DNA of 64,000 nt from Hypanus sabinus. Its lineage: Eukaryota. The notes under the pieces are model-generated. The model was not told where the DNA came from, made no database searches, and saw only the letters and a list, made by a program, of their open reading frames with translations. Every line of letters starts with the position of its first letter. The first letter of the stretch is position 1. Shown piece by piece: positions 52,661-64,000 of the stretch. The stretch is from NCBI RefSeq assembly GCF_030144855.1, contig NW_026781435.1, positions 62,001-126,000 on the forward strand, in the 5' to 3' direction. Both the position numbers and the translations under genes were made by a program.

Positions 52661-53599
52661 CTCTGACATAAGAAGGTTACCGAGCTGCGGATCGACACAC
52701 CGGGTCCATGTATGGCCGTCCGGGAGACTGTGAGCCTTCAGGACCTCCCACGTCTGATACAGGCCACAGAAAACAGGCCTCACACACGTGCTTCCTATCC
52801 ACAATTAACAGGGGATAACCTACCTCACTGTTGCAGACAGTCAGATTGTAGGATGTTGCGGCCATCACTCAATCGGAGCTGAAGTTTGGTCGCATTTCGG
52901 ATCTGAATGTCCAAGGCTACACGTCGTATCGGAGGAATTGGAAGGTCTTTTGATTGGATGGCGTGGCTCTGCAGGTAATGAATGGCATCGTCTCAATAAA
53001 AAGGAGTGACGTATGTTCGTCAGCTGTGGGTTGTGTTAAGAGACTGGCAGGGTAAAAGGAGGTATATGCAGGCCTCCCGACAGTAGCTGGAATACAGACA
53101 ACAGATTTCAAAGGGAAAAAATGTATGAGTAAAGGTCGATGTTATGATCGCCTGTGGATTGTTCTAAATGCAGCTCGATTGGGTTGGTTTGTTTTTACAG
53201 TCTGTCCTTGCGCCGACTTGTGAGATCTGTTAAACTAGATTGGGTGGTATGTTATTAATCGGTAATGATTAGGGATCATAGGATAACGGAAACTTTAGGA
53301 AGCAGTCATCACAATATAGTTGAGTTCAAAAACCACCGGAAAGATATTGTCCGCCGCACTGTGGAAAATAGAGTAGCTCCGTCAATTCTCCTCCATGAAG
53401 GCTAACGCGTCTTTCACCTTCATAACGAAGGTGAATCGAGTCAAGAGTCTGAGAGTGGAAGACTGAAGCATCGCGCAGGGAAGGTCATTTTTCTTTAACT
53501 GATAGAGAAAAAGAGGCTATACCGCGCAGGCGCGTGACGCAGCGCGGCCAGGTTTAAAGGAAAGCCACCATATGCAGCGACCATCATCGTAGCGGCCAT

Positions 53600-56500
53600 C
53601 GTTGCAGTGAAGTGTGTCAGACGACTTTGACTCAATCAGGCTTTGGCGAGAAACAGGCAGAGGCCAGGGTAGGTTCCAGTGAGTTTCTGCTTTTCTCTTT
53701 TTTCTTTTTGTTGTTGTTCAGACTAGAGAATATGCCAGGCTCGATGTTGGAATACTCCTCTTTCAGGATGTTTCTGACAACAATACCTGCAAGTAGTGCA
53801 TCCAGCTTCAGCAACAAACAGAGCGCGTTCAGGAACCGGTGCAGGAGCTGGACGACCTCCGGATCATTCAGGAGACGGAGCAGTTTATAGGCAGTAGTTT
53901 TCGGGAGGTAGTTACACCTAAGGAACGGGACACAGGTAATTGGGTTACCGTCAGGCGAGGGAAGAGTAAAGGGTAGGCAGTGCATGGTTCACCTGTGGCC
54001 ACTCCCCTTCAAAGCAGGGGTGCTGTTTTGGATACTGTTGGGGGGATTGCTTACCTGGGACAAGCTCCGGCAGCAGGATCTCTGGCACTGAGTCTGGGGC
54101 TGCAGTGCAGAAGGGAGGGAGGAAGAAGAGGAGAGCGGTATTGATAGGGGACTCCATAGTCAGGGGTCCATAGACAGGGGATACAGAGGTCATGACAGAG
54201 ACTCCCGGATGGTTTGTTGCCTCCCGGTTGTCAGTCTCAGGGATGTCTGTGATCGCGTACACAGCATTCTGAAGTAGGAGGGTGATCAGCCAGATGTAGT
54301 GATACACATCGGTACCAATGACATAGGTAGAAAGGGTCAGGAGGTCCTGAAGAGTAGGTCTAGAGTGTTTGGTAGGAAGTTGAAAAGCAGGACTTCGAGG
54401 GTAGTAATCTCCCGATTGCTGCCTATGCCACGTGCCAGTGAGGGTAAGAGTAGGATGCTCTGGCCGAACATGTGAGAAACTGGTGTAGGGGGCAGGGTTT
54501 CAGATTTCTAGATCATTGGGACCTGTTCTGGGGCAGGTAGTGCTTGCACAAGAGAGACGGGTTACACCTGAACTACAAGGGGAGCAATATACTTGCAGGG
54601 AGTTTTGCTAGTGTTATTCGGGAGGGAGATTTGCAGAGGGATGGGAGCCAGACTGCCAGAGTCGATAGTGGAACCGGGTTAAAAATAAATTATGTTCGTA
54701 GTTCATGCAAAGTCATAAATAGTAAGGTTGTGTGTCGTGCTAGCAATCTTCTGAGGTGTGTATATTTCAAAGCAAGGAATATTGTGGAAAAGACAAAAGA
54801 GCTGAGGTCCTGGATTGACACGTGAAGTTATGACATCATAGCTATTACTGAAACTTTGCTACAGGATGGGCGGGACTGGCAGCTCAATAGAGGCAGAGGG
54901 ATGAAGGTTGGGGTGGTGGCTTTGCTGTTCAGGGAAATTATTACATCAGTGCTTCGACAAGACAGATTAGAGGGCATGTCTACTGAGGCCATGTGGGTGG
55001 AGCTGAGAAACAGGAAAGGTATGAACACATCAATAGGGTTGTATTATAGACCATCCAATATTTAAAAAAAAAATAAATCAGGAGGGCGAAAAGAAGACAT
55101 GATATTGCTTTGGCAGTCAGGGTGCAGGCTAATCCTAAGAACTTCTACAGGTATGTTAAGAACAAAAGGATAGTAAGGGTTAAAGTTGAAAATCAGAGTG
55201 TTCTGCTGTGCATGGAACCAAAAGAAATGGGAGGGATATTAAATGTTCCTTTTTTTGCATCTGTATTTCCTCAGGAAACTGAAATGTCGTTTATGGAAAC
55301 AAGGCAAACAAGTAGGGAGTTCATGGAACTTATAGAGATTAAAGAGTAGGAGCTGCTTGCTGTCTTGAGGAAATCAGAGTAGATAAATCCCCAGGAGCTG
55401 ACACGGTAATCACTCGGACCTTAAGAAGACTCGTGCTGAACTTGCCGTGGCCCTTGCAGAAATATTTTACGTCGATATCCACGAGTCAGGTGCTGGAGGA
55501 GTGGAGGATAGCTCATGTATTTCCGTTGTTTAAAAAAGGCTCATAAAGTGGGCTGGAGAATTATAGGCCGGTAAGTTTGACATCGGTAGTAGGTGAATTA
55601 TTGGAAGGAACACTGAGAGATAGCATCTACATGTATTTGGATAGACAGGGACTTATTGGGAAAAAAAAAAAACTGCACGGCTTGGTGCGTGGTAGGTCAA
55701 GTTCAACCAATCTATTAGAGTTTTTCGAGGAAGTTACCAGGAAAGTGGATGAAGGGAAGGCAGTGGATGTTGTACACATGGATTTCAGTAAGACTTTTGA
55801 CAAAGTTCCGCATGCGTGTTAGTGGTAAATTGGATCAGTAAATTTGCTGATGATCCAAAGATTGGAGGGGTACTGAATAGTGAGGAATTTTTTTTTAATA
55901 TTACAAAGGTTATTGGACCAGTTGGTGGAATGGGCAGAAAAATGGCACATGGAGTTTAACACGGACGTGTGAGATATTGCACTTCGAAAGGACAAACCTA
56001 GTTAGATCATACAAAGTAAATGGTAGGACACTGAAGAGTGCAGTAGATCAGAGGGATATGGGGGTACAGATGCATCATTCCCTAAAAGTGGCATCTCAGG
56101 TCAATAGGGTTGCAAAGAGAGTTTTTGGTACTCGTCTTTACAAATCAAAGTATTGAGTATAAGGGATGGAATTAATGGTGAGGATGTATAAGACAATAGT
56201 GAGACCGAATTTAGAGATTTGTGTGCAGTTCTGGTCACCTAATTACAGGACGGATATTAATAAGGTTGAACGAGTGGAGAGAAGGTTTACAAGGATGTTT
56301 CCCGGACGTGAGAATCTGAGTTGCAGAAAAAAAAGGGGAATAGGTTAGGACTTTATTCCCTGGAACATAGACGAATGAGGGGAGATTTGATAGAGGTGTA
56401 TAAAATTATGATGGGTATTGATAGAGTAAATGCAAACAGGAATTTTTCTACTGAGGCCAGGGGATAAAACAAGGGTGAAATGAGAATAGTTTAAAAGGAA

Positions 56501-56740
56501 TATTGGGGGGGGGGTTGCTTTTCACGCAGAGAGCGCCAAGAGTGTGGAATGAGCTGCCAGATGAAGTGGTGAATACGGGCTGACTTTTGACAGTGAAGAT
56601 GTACTTGGACAGATATATGAATGAGAGGGGTTTGAAGGTATATGGGCCAGGTGTAGGTCACTGGGACTATGCAGAAAAATGTTTCGGCAAAGCCAAGACG
56701 GGCCAGAATGTCTGTTTCTGTGCTATAATGTTCTATGGTT
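53600..56740 (+). mobile_element. Near full-length but internally deleted CR1 (5'UTR, ORF1, endonuclease, RT, 3' end)
   Basis: ORF1 ELDDLRIIQE, IGDSIVRG, HIGTND and RDGLHLN; endonuclease CVYFKARNIV...WVELRN; RT MDFSKTFDKVPH; C-terminus RPNLEICVQFWSP. Confidence 0.9.
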
Positions 56741-56759
56741 CCAAACCGGCAGTAACGTC

Positions 56760-58545
56760 TCCAGGACTTCAGAGACTCCCACATTAGCTTCTGAAAACTC
56801 CAGTCTCACTGACAAGTACAGATCATACGGATAATGACCAGCAATGATGCCCCAAATCTCACCGCACTGAATGGGGTCAAGCGCAAAAGATTAAGATACT
56901 GACTGTATAACGAACGGTCTAGTAACGTGACCTACGAACCAGTGTCGAGTATGGCTTCAGCATAGATTCGGTAGCGATACGCTGAGCGGGTCCCATTGAT
57001 CCCTCCCGAATCGGCTCTTTTGCTTTCGTGGTTTCTTTGATAAATTGCTGGGAATGTGCTCCCACAGAGACCCCAGGCCGTTCCCTCATTGGGTCTCCTC
57101 TACATTTCCCTGCTTGGATACCCAGGGACGCGCCCTCCGAGGGGCTTTCTGCTCTCACATTCAAGCCGGAAGTGATCCTATTCCCCACAGTTATCGCACA
57201 CACTTCCGGCCGCCCCTCCTTTCGCGGACCCCCCGCAACCCGCAGCCCTCTGCTTTGTCTGTCACCTGAGTTGGAGGGTTGTCTCTCCCTATCAATCCTG
57301 TCAATCTGAGAGTCCACACTTACGCTGAACCCCAGCAACGTCTCAGTTCTCATCTCTGCCAATACCCCCTGTATCAATTCCCGGGTGGAGCTGGGTCTGA
57401 TGACTTTACTGCATGGTTGAGAGAGTCATCCCGCAGCCTCAACGCGTTCTTACCCCCCTCACCTCTCCGATCAGCTGAACAAAAAATGGTGTAGGGCGTT
57501 TTATAGGAAAGCAGGAGACTCCAAGCAATCCTGTCCTCAGCCTGGGAACCTCTAGTTCCCTGTCCATCCTTATCTGATCCACCTCAGATGCCCGAATAAC
57601 CCTTCGGCGCCGCAGCCGTTAAGAAGCCTCTCTTGCCGAGAAAGCTACGCGAAGAGCCTCTCACCTTTCTCCTGACGCATGTGTTGAAACTCCCCTCGGA
57701 GCTCCCGGTCAACCCAAAAGCACTCCCCAATGCTTCCAAATACTCAGCGTTAGAGACAGAGGTGTGGCTATCCTTCACGCCTCGAACTACCTCCGCCGCC
57801 ACTACCGGCAAACGTCCAACCAATCTCTGTCGCTTTTCATCGTCCGGGCACTGCCTCTCTCACTTAACAACTGCGAAGTTTGTTCCTCCCATGTCTCATA
57901 ATCCTCTTCACCTTCGGGGCTGGGTGTTATCCCAGAGAAAATTCTTATCTTCTGGCGGAGCCCCTTGACTTTCTCGCCAGAGAGGTAATGGCAGATGCCA
58001 AGTCGAAACTCTTGTCTTTCGGTGGAGGACGGGAAATAATCAAGTTTTCCAAATCTGACCACACTTCCCTCTTCACCATCAGTAATGAGAGAATTCGTTC
58101 CCTAAGATCTCCGCGCTCATCCTTTGGCAACCCAGCTCGCTGACCTCCGACCCTTTCTTCCTGACAGGAACTCGAAATCTTATTTGGTGGTTTGGTTTGG
58201 TGAAACAAGTAAAACAAAGGCGCCGCTCAATAAATTTATCAGTTTCGTGCAGAAAATAATTCGTCAGATCTTACGCCTTCCTCGTTGGTCCATAAAAGAC
58301 CTCCGAACTTCCGACAAGACTGCGAACCGTTGAATTCCGGTAGCCGCCGTCCTGCGATCGCCGAACTGTCCCAGACTCGCCCTTCCTTTTCACTCGCCTC
58401 GTCAAAAAGCCCGCAAGCACTCTCTCGGTTCCCACCATGCAAATAACCATAACAGGTCTCCGATTGGTTAGTTCCCCGTTATCTGTTGTTATAACCAAAT
58501 CATCGCAGCTGCTGAGAACCACAGACCGCGTCAGATAATATTACA
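56760..58545 (-). mobile_element. Ty3/Gypsy LTR retrotransposon relic: LTR-like 5' part, PNMA-like Gag, start of aspartic protease
   Basis: IRIFSGITPSPEGEEDYETWEEQ and AEYLEALGSAFG are PNMA/Gag capsid motifs. AILDTGS*VTLL near 56925-56960 is the protease motif. Multiple frameshifts. Confidence 0.8.
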
Positions 58546-58999
58546 GAGAAGCCATTTCATTATAACACTAGCAAAAAGCCGTTTTATTAGCTTTAACAGT
58601 TAACATTGCGCTTAATATTACTGAGAACCCTACTTCAGAATCCAGTTCCAGGCTTCACGGATATAATAGAACTCTTTAGCAACCTATTATTCCGCATACT
58701 CTTCCTGCTTCCGGCCTCACAGGCACGTAGCATGGACAACAGATCCAGGAGGGTCCTGCCTTTTAACTTCGCTTTTAACCCCCGTAAATGGCAGTGCAGT
58801 ACTTCGTCCCTCATCGTACCTCTGTCACTGGTAACACAATGGACCACGATTTCGAGCTGTTCACACACCTAGTTCAGATTTCCACATGGGAGCAGTGCCC
58901 TGGCCGCCATCCCCCCGCCAAGCCACATACACAGACACCGCTCACCACCCACTTCCCTTCAGACTCACAAAGTCAAGCTGAGTGCCTGAGACCCGAACA

Positions 59000-59370
59000 C
59001 TGTGACTGAACACTTTTAGGTGATTCTCCCGCCGCCCAAACTCTGCAAAGGTATCCAAAATGTGAAGGAATTTGCCACATGGGAGTTGTGCCCTGGCCCC
59101 TTCAGCCGTTTCGCTTTCCTGACTGTCACACAGTCTCCTGTCCGCTGTGCCCTCGGTGTAAAATTTTCCGCTATGACTTGTCTCTCATTTCCGCCTCCCG
59201 AATGATCCGAGCTCGTCCAGTTCCAGCTCCACACACTGAGCGCCGATTGTTAGAAATTCCAGATGAAGGCAGCTCTCGCAGTTGTAATCATCAGGGCCAC
59301 TGGAGATCTCCAGGCCTTCCCAGATCCCGCAAGAGGAGCATGCATCTATCCTGCCTGGCATCTCAGTCAT
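59000..59370 (-). mobile_element. CR1 ORF1 N-terminal relic
   Basis: CSSCGIWE...YNCESCLHLEFL...ELELDELG. Confidence 0.75.
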
Positions 59371-59674
59371 TCCATCTGATCAGATATGATGAATGGACGG
59401 AAAAAGAAAGTCTTAAACAAGTGCTTTTTCTTTATTTTGCCTCCTTTGACTGAAGCCTCCCTGAGCTGACGCCTCGGCGAGCAGAAGCCTGGAGATCACC
59501 TGCTTGACGGTCCATTCAGCGATGGATTCTGCAGCTGACCCTTCCATCTTCCTGCTGATGAAACTATATATGCAATAATTATTTTATCTGTTTATATTAT
59601 CTGTATTGATTTTATTCATTTGCTGTGTGTACCTTCATTTACAGACTTGTTGTATGTCAGCGCCTGGCTGCGAG

Positions 59675-60000
59675 TCTCAATTTTGTGTCTGTTTACAGAC
59701 TCGGCTGACATCGGTGTCAGCCATTTGCTGGGAATATTGGATCCACTTCCAGTCTGCGTATGTATTGCTTCGCTGAAGGACTGCAAATAAAGGGTTAAAT
59801 GCACCTGTCACTCGGTAGAACTTAATTAAGTGAGTGTCCGTGGGGATTGTCGACGTCACCGCGGAGCTGGGGCTGCTCGTTACCTGTTCTATAAATATGT
59901 ATCCACGACCACGACAGTTTCAGTGAGTGCCGCTACTCTCTTCGATCAGAGACCAGCGGGATCTGGATAGAGAGAGGACGGTACCTGGAATATCCCAGCA
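59675..60000 (+). promoter_or_regulatory. Conserved promoter/5'UTR of GPCR paralog 2, including TATAAA near 59889
   Basis: Homologous to 23206-23550 (minus). Contains CTGCAAAT, CACCTG, TCGACGTCA and TATAAATA. Confidence 0.75.
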
Positions 60001-60145
60001 ATGGATCATCAACTGCGAAATCAAGCCCTGAATACCGCGGGAATAGCGAAGTACTATTCCTGGGATTTGGATCTTCGAATCGAGCGAGTGCTAAAGAATT
60101 TACAACTGGTTTACTACCCTGTACTCGCCATTGTAGCTGTTCCTG
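60001..60145 (+). CDS. Exon 1 of a second GPR139/142-like GPCR (exon 2 not in the window)
   Basis: MDHQLRNQALNTAGIAKYYSWDLDLRIERVLKNLQLVYYPVLAIVAVP G|gtaagt, 145 nt, same phase-1 junction as paralog 1. Too short for the ORF track. Confidence 0.88.
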
Positions 60146-60239
60146 GTAAGTGTATAGTCTCTTTCTCTTGATTAACGTTGAAAAATTATAAGCCAACTTT
60201 TGTTTCATATTTGTCCTCAAACGACACGCTAATCGCCAG

Positions 60240-60985
60240 GCAGGTCTCTCAAATGGGTATCGCTTCAGCAAATATCGGTTGAATGCATTTGATAAGGTGC
60301 TCCATGCAAGGCTTATTGAGAAAGTAAAGAGACATGGGATGAAAGAGTTCACTGCTTTGTTGACTACAACTGGCTTGCCCACAGAAGTTAAAGTGTGGTT
60401 GCAGACGCGTCATGTTCTGCATGAAGTTCTGTGATCTTGGGACGTTGCTGTTCTAATGCATAGGACTCTCGAAGCTGCTACGGAGGTTGACCCTACAGTT
60501 AGGAAGGCAGACGCTGAATTGGCCTTCATCAATGGAGTGATTGAATTTCAGAGCCGAGATGTAATTTTGCAGCTATATAAGACCCTCGTCAGACAGCACT
60601 AGGAGTACTGTGGCCTCACAACAGGAAGCAGGTGGAGACCATAGAAAGGGTGCAAATGATATAGCCTGGACTGGGGAACATGCCTTATGAAAATAGTTTG
60701 AGTGAACAGAGTCTATACACATTAGAGCGACGGGGTGTAATATACGACATGATAGGGGTGTGCAAGATGATGACAGGCATTCATCATGTGGATAGTCAGA
60801 GGCTATTATCCCAGAGCGGAAATGGCTTGCACGAGAGGGCACAGTTTTAAGGTGCTTGGAGTCGTCTAGAACAGATGTCAGAAGCACGTTTTTACGCAGA
60901 GAGTTTTGAGAACTTTAAATGGGCTGCTGGCGACGGTTGAGGAGGTTGATCCGATAGGGTCTTTTAAGAGTCTCCTGGATAAATA
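60240..60985 (+). mobile_element. Degraded CR1 RT/3' fragments in the GPCR intron
   Basis: AFDKVLH-like and QLYKTLVR-like remnants. Confidence 0.7.
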
Positions 60986-60989
60986 TATA

Positions 60990-63900
60990 AACATATAACA
61001 ATCACAGCAAGGAAACAGGCCATCTCGGCCCTCCTACTCCGTGCCGAACTCTTAATCTCACCTAGTCCGACCTACCCGCACTCAGCCCATAACCCTCCAC
61101 TCCTTTCATGTCCATATAACTATCCAATTTTACCTTAAATGACACAACTGAACTTGCCTCTACTACTTCTACAGGAAGCTCATTCCACACAGCTATCACT
61201 CTCTGAGTAAAGAAATACCCCCTCGTGTTTCCCTTAAACTTCTGCCCCCTAACTCTCAAATCATGTCCTCTCGTTTGAATCTCCACTGCTCTCAATGGAA
61301 ACAGCCTATTCACGTCAACTCTATCTATCCCTCTCAAAATTTTAAATACCTCGATCAAATCCCCCCTCAACCTTCCACGCTCCAATGAATAGAGACCTAA
61401 CTTGTTCAACCTTTCTCTGTAACTTAAGTGCTGATACCAAGGTAACATCCTATTAAATCGTCTCTGCACTCTCTCTAATTTATTAATATCTTTCCTATAA
61501 TTCGGTGACCAGAACTGCACACAATATTCTAAATTTGGCCTTACCAATGCCTTGTACAGTTGTAACATTACATTCCAACTTCTGTACCCAGCGTTCCAAA
61601 AACCTTCTTCACCACCCTATCTACATGAGACTCCACCTTCAGGGAACTATGCACTGTTATTCCTAGATCTCTCTGTTGCCTCTGCATTCCTCAATGCCCT
61701 ACCATTTACCCTGTATTTTCTATTTGGATTATTCCTGCCAAAATGTAGAACCTCACACTTCTCAGCATTAAACTCCATCTGCCGACGTTCAGCCCATTCC
61801 TCTAACCGGCATAAATCTCCCTGCAAGCTTTGAAAACCCACCTCATTATCCACAACACCTCCTATCTTAGTATCATCGGCATACTTACTAATCCAATTTA
61901 CCACCCCATCATCCAGATCATTTATGTATATTACAAACAGCATTGGGCCCAAAACAGATCCCTGAGGCACCCCGCTGTTAACCGGCCTCCATCCCGATAA
62001 ACAATTATCCACCACTACTCTCTGGCATCTCCCATCTAGCCAATGTTGAATCCATTTTATTACACCAGCATGAATACCTAATGACTAAACCTTCTTAAGT
62101 AACCTTCCATGTGGAGCTTTGTCAAAGGCTTTGCTGAAGTCCATATAGACTACATCCACTGCCTTACCGTCGTCAACAACCCTCGTAACTTCTTCAAAAA
62201 AAATCAATAATGTTTGTCAATCATGACCTTCCACGCACAAATCAATGCTGGCTACTCCCAATCAGATCCTGTCTCTCCAGATAATTGTTAATACTATCTC
62301 TAAGAATACTTTCCATTAATTTACCCACCACTGATGTCAAAGTGACAGGTCTATAATTGCTAGGCTTACTTCTAGAACCCTTTTTAAACAATGGAACCAC
62401 ATGAGCAATACGCCAATCCTCCGGCTCAATCCCCGTTTCTAATGACATCTTAAAATCTCCGTCAGAGCTCCTGCTGTTTCTACACAAACTTCCCTCAAGG
62501 TCCTGGGGAATATCCTGTCAGGACCCGGAGATTTGTCCACGTTTAAATTTCTTCAAAGCGCCAGTACTTCCACCTCTTTAATTGTCATAGGTTCCATAAC
62601 TTTCCTATTTGTTTCCCACACCTTACACAATTCAATATCCTTCTCCTTAGTGAATACCGAAAAGGAGAAATCGTTCAGAACCTCTCCTATCTCCCTCGGC
62701 TCCACACATAGCTGACCACTCTGATTCTCTAAGGGGCCAATTTTATCCCTCACTATCATCTTGCGTTTCATATAACTGTATAATCCTTTCGGATTTACTT
62801 TCACCTTATTTGCCAAACCAACCTCCAATCTTCTTTCAGCTTTTCTAATCTCTTTCTTAAGATTCATTTTACATTCTTTATATTCCTCCAGCAATTCATT
62901 TACTCCATGCTGCCTATATCTACTGTATACATCCCTCTTTTTCCGAACCAAATTTCTAATATCCTTTGAAAGCCATGGTGCTTTCAAACCTTTAACCTTT
63001 CCTTTCAACCTAACAGGAACATAAAGATTCTGTACCCTCATAATTTCACCCTTAAATGACCCCCATTTCTCCATTACATCCTTCCTAAAAAACAACTTGA
63101 CCCAATACACTGTCTCTAAATCCCTTCGCATCTCCTCAAAGTTAGCCTTTCTCCAATCAAAAGTCTCAGCTCTAGGTCCTGTCCTGTCCTTCTCCATAAT
63201 TATATTGAAGCTAATGCTATTGTGATCACTGGACCCGAAGTGCTCCCCAACACATACATCTTTCAGCTGACCTATCGCATTTCCTAACAGGAGATCCAAC
63301 ACTAACCCATCTCCAGTCGGTACTTCTATGTATTGTTGCAAAAAAACTATCCACACATTTCACAAACTCTAGCCATCCAGCCCTTTTACAGAATGAGCTT
63401 CCCAGTCTACGTGTGGAAAATTAAAATCTCCCACAATCACCACCTTGTGTTTACTACAAATATCTGCTGTCTCCTAACACATTTGCTCTTCCAACTCACG
63501 CTCCCCCCTAGGTGGCCTATATTACACTCATATCAGTGTTGCTACCCCCTTCCCATTCTTCAATTCCACCCAAATAGCCTCCCTAGAGGACCTCTCTAAT
63601 CTATCCTTCCAAAGCAACGCCATAAGATTTTCTGGGACAAGCAATACAACACCTCCTCCTCGGGCCCCTCCTACTCTATCGCACCTGAAGCAACTAAATC
63701 CAGTAATATTTAGTTGCCAATCACTCCCTTCATGCAACCATGTTTCACTAATAGCTACAATATCATAATTCCTGGTATCAATCCACGCTGTAAGCTCATC
63801 CACCTTTCTTACTATGCTCCGAGCATTAAAATAGATGCATTTAACATACTCTCCACCTCCTCCTCTCTTTTCATCCCTAAGAGTGCATTCAAATTTATTA

Positions 63901-64000
63901 TCATTTTCATTCTTCTCCTCCACATCTTCGGGCTGAGCGCATCCCTTCTCCATCACCTGCCTTTCCTCCCTCACACACTGTCTATTTACTTGCTCTACTG
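60990..64000 (-). mobile_element. Relatively well-preserved CR1 ORF2 (endonuclease, RT, 3' end), running off the window
   Basis: Successive ORFs CIYFNARSIV, GSSDHN, NYRPVTLTSVVGK, GVPQGSVLGP...YADD and RPNLEYCVQFWSP, separated by frameshifts and deletions. Confidence 0.95.

Noticed and set aside
41500-53330. Similarity of ~41500-42120 to ~52820-53330 as another segmental duplication
   Set aside because: Both are CR1 endonuclease fragments and I could not show shared junctions, so independent insertion is equally likely.

Overview
Vertebrate genomic DNA with three assembly gaps. The CR1 content and the GPR139-like gene family suggest a cartilaginous fish (shark or ray); this is an inference. 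The first ~13 kb holds five T-cell-receptor-type variable (V) gene segments in mixed orientation, each with a leader exon and an intron, and four with a recognisable 23-bp-spacer recombination signal sequence (RSS). Only V4 (12055-12723, minus) is canonical at every checkpoint. V3 has TTG where ATG is expected, V1 has an AT splice donor and a weak nonamer, V2 is frameshifted with a CCC heptamer, and the segment at 6.6-7.1 kb is a decayed relic. V3 and V4 resemble the TRBV30 lineage, face each other, and both lack the usual Arg/Asp pair of V domains. I found no D, J or C segments. An intact two-exon GPR139/142-like class A GPCR (20591-23205, minus, 365 aa) follows. A second paralog has only exon 1 in the window (60001-60145, plus). 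The two share a conserved ~330 bp promoter/5'UTR but differ in their extracellular N-termini. The rest is mostly decayed retroelements (many CR1 fragments, Rex1/Babar, a HERO-like element with a restriction-like endonuclease, a Ty3/Gypsy gag-protease relic, a solo LTR), a CR1-derived 61-bp minisatellite and local segmental duplications. Coordinates were read by eye: exon and RSS boundaries were counted base by base, and repeat boundaries are approximate.
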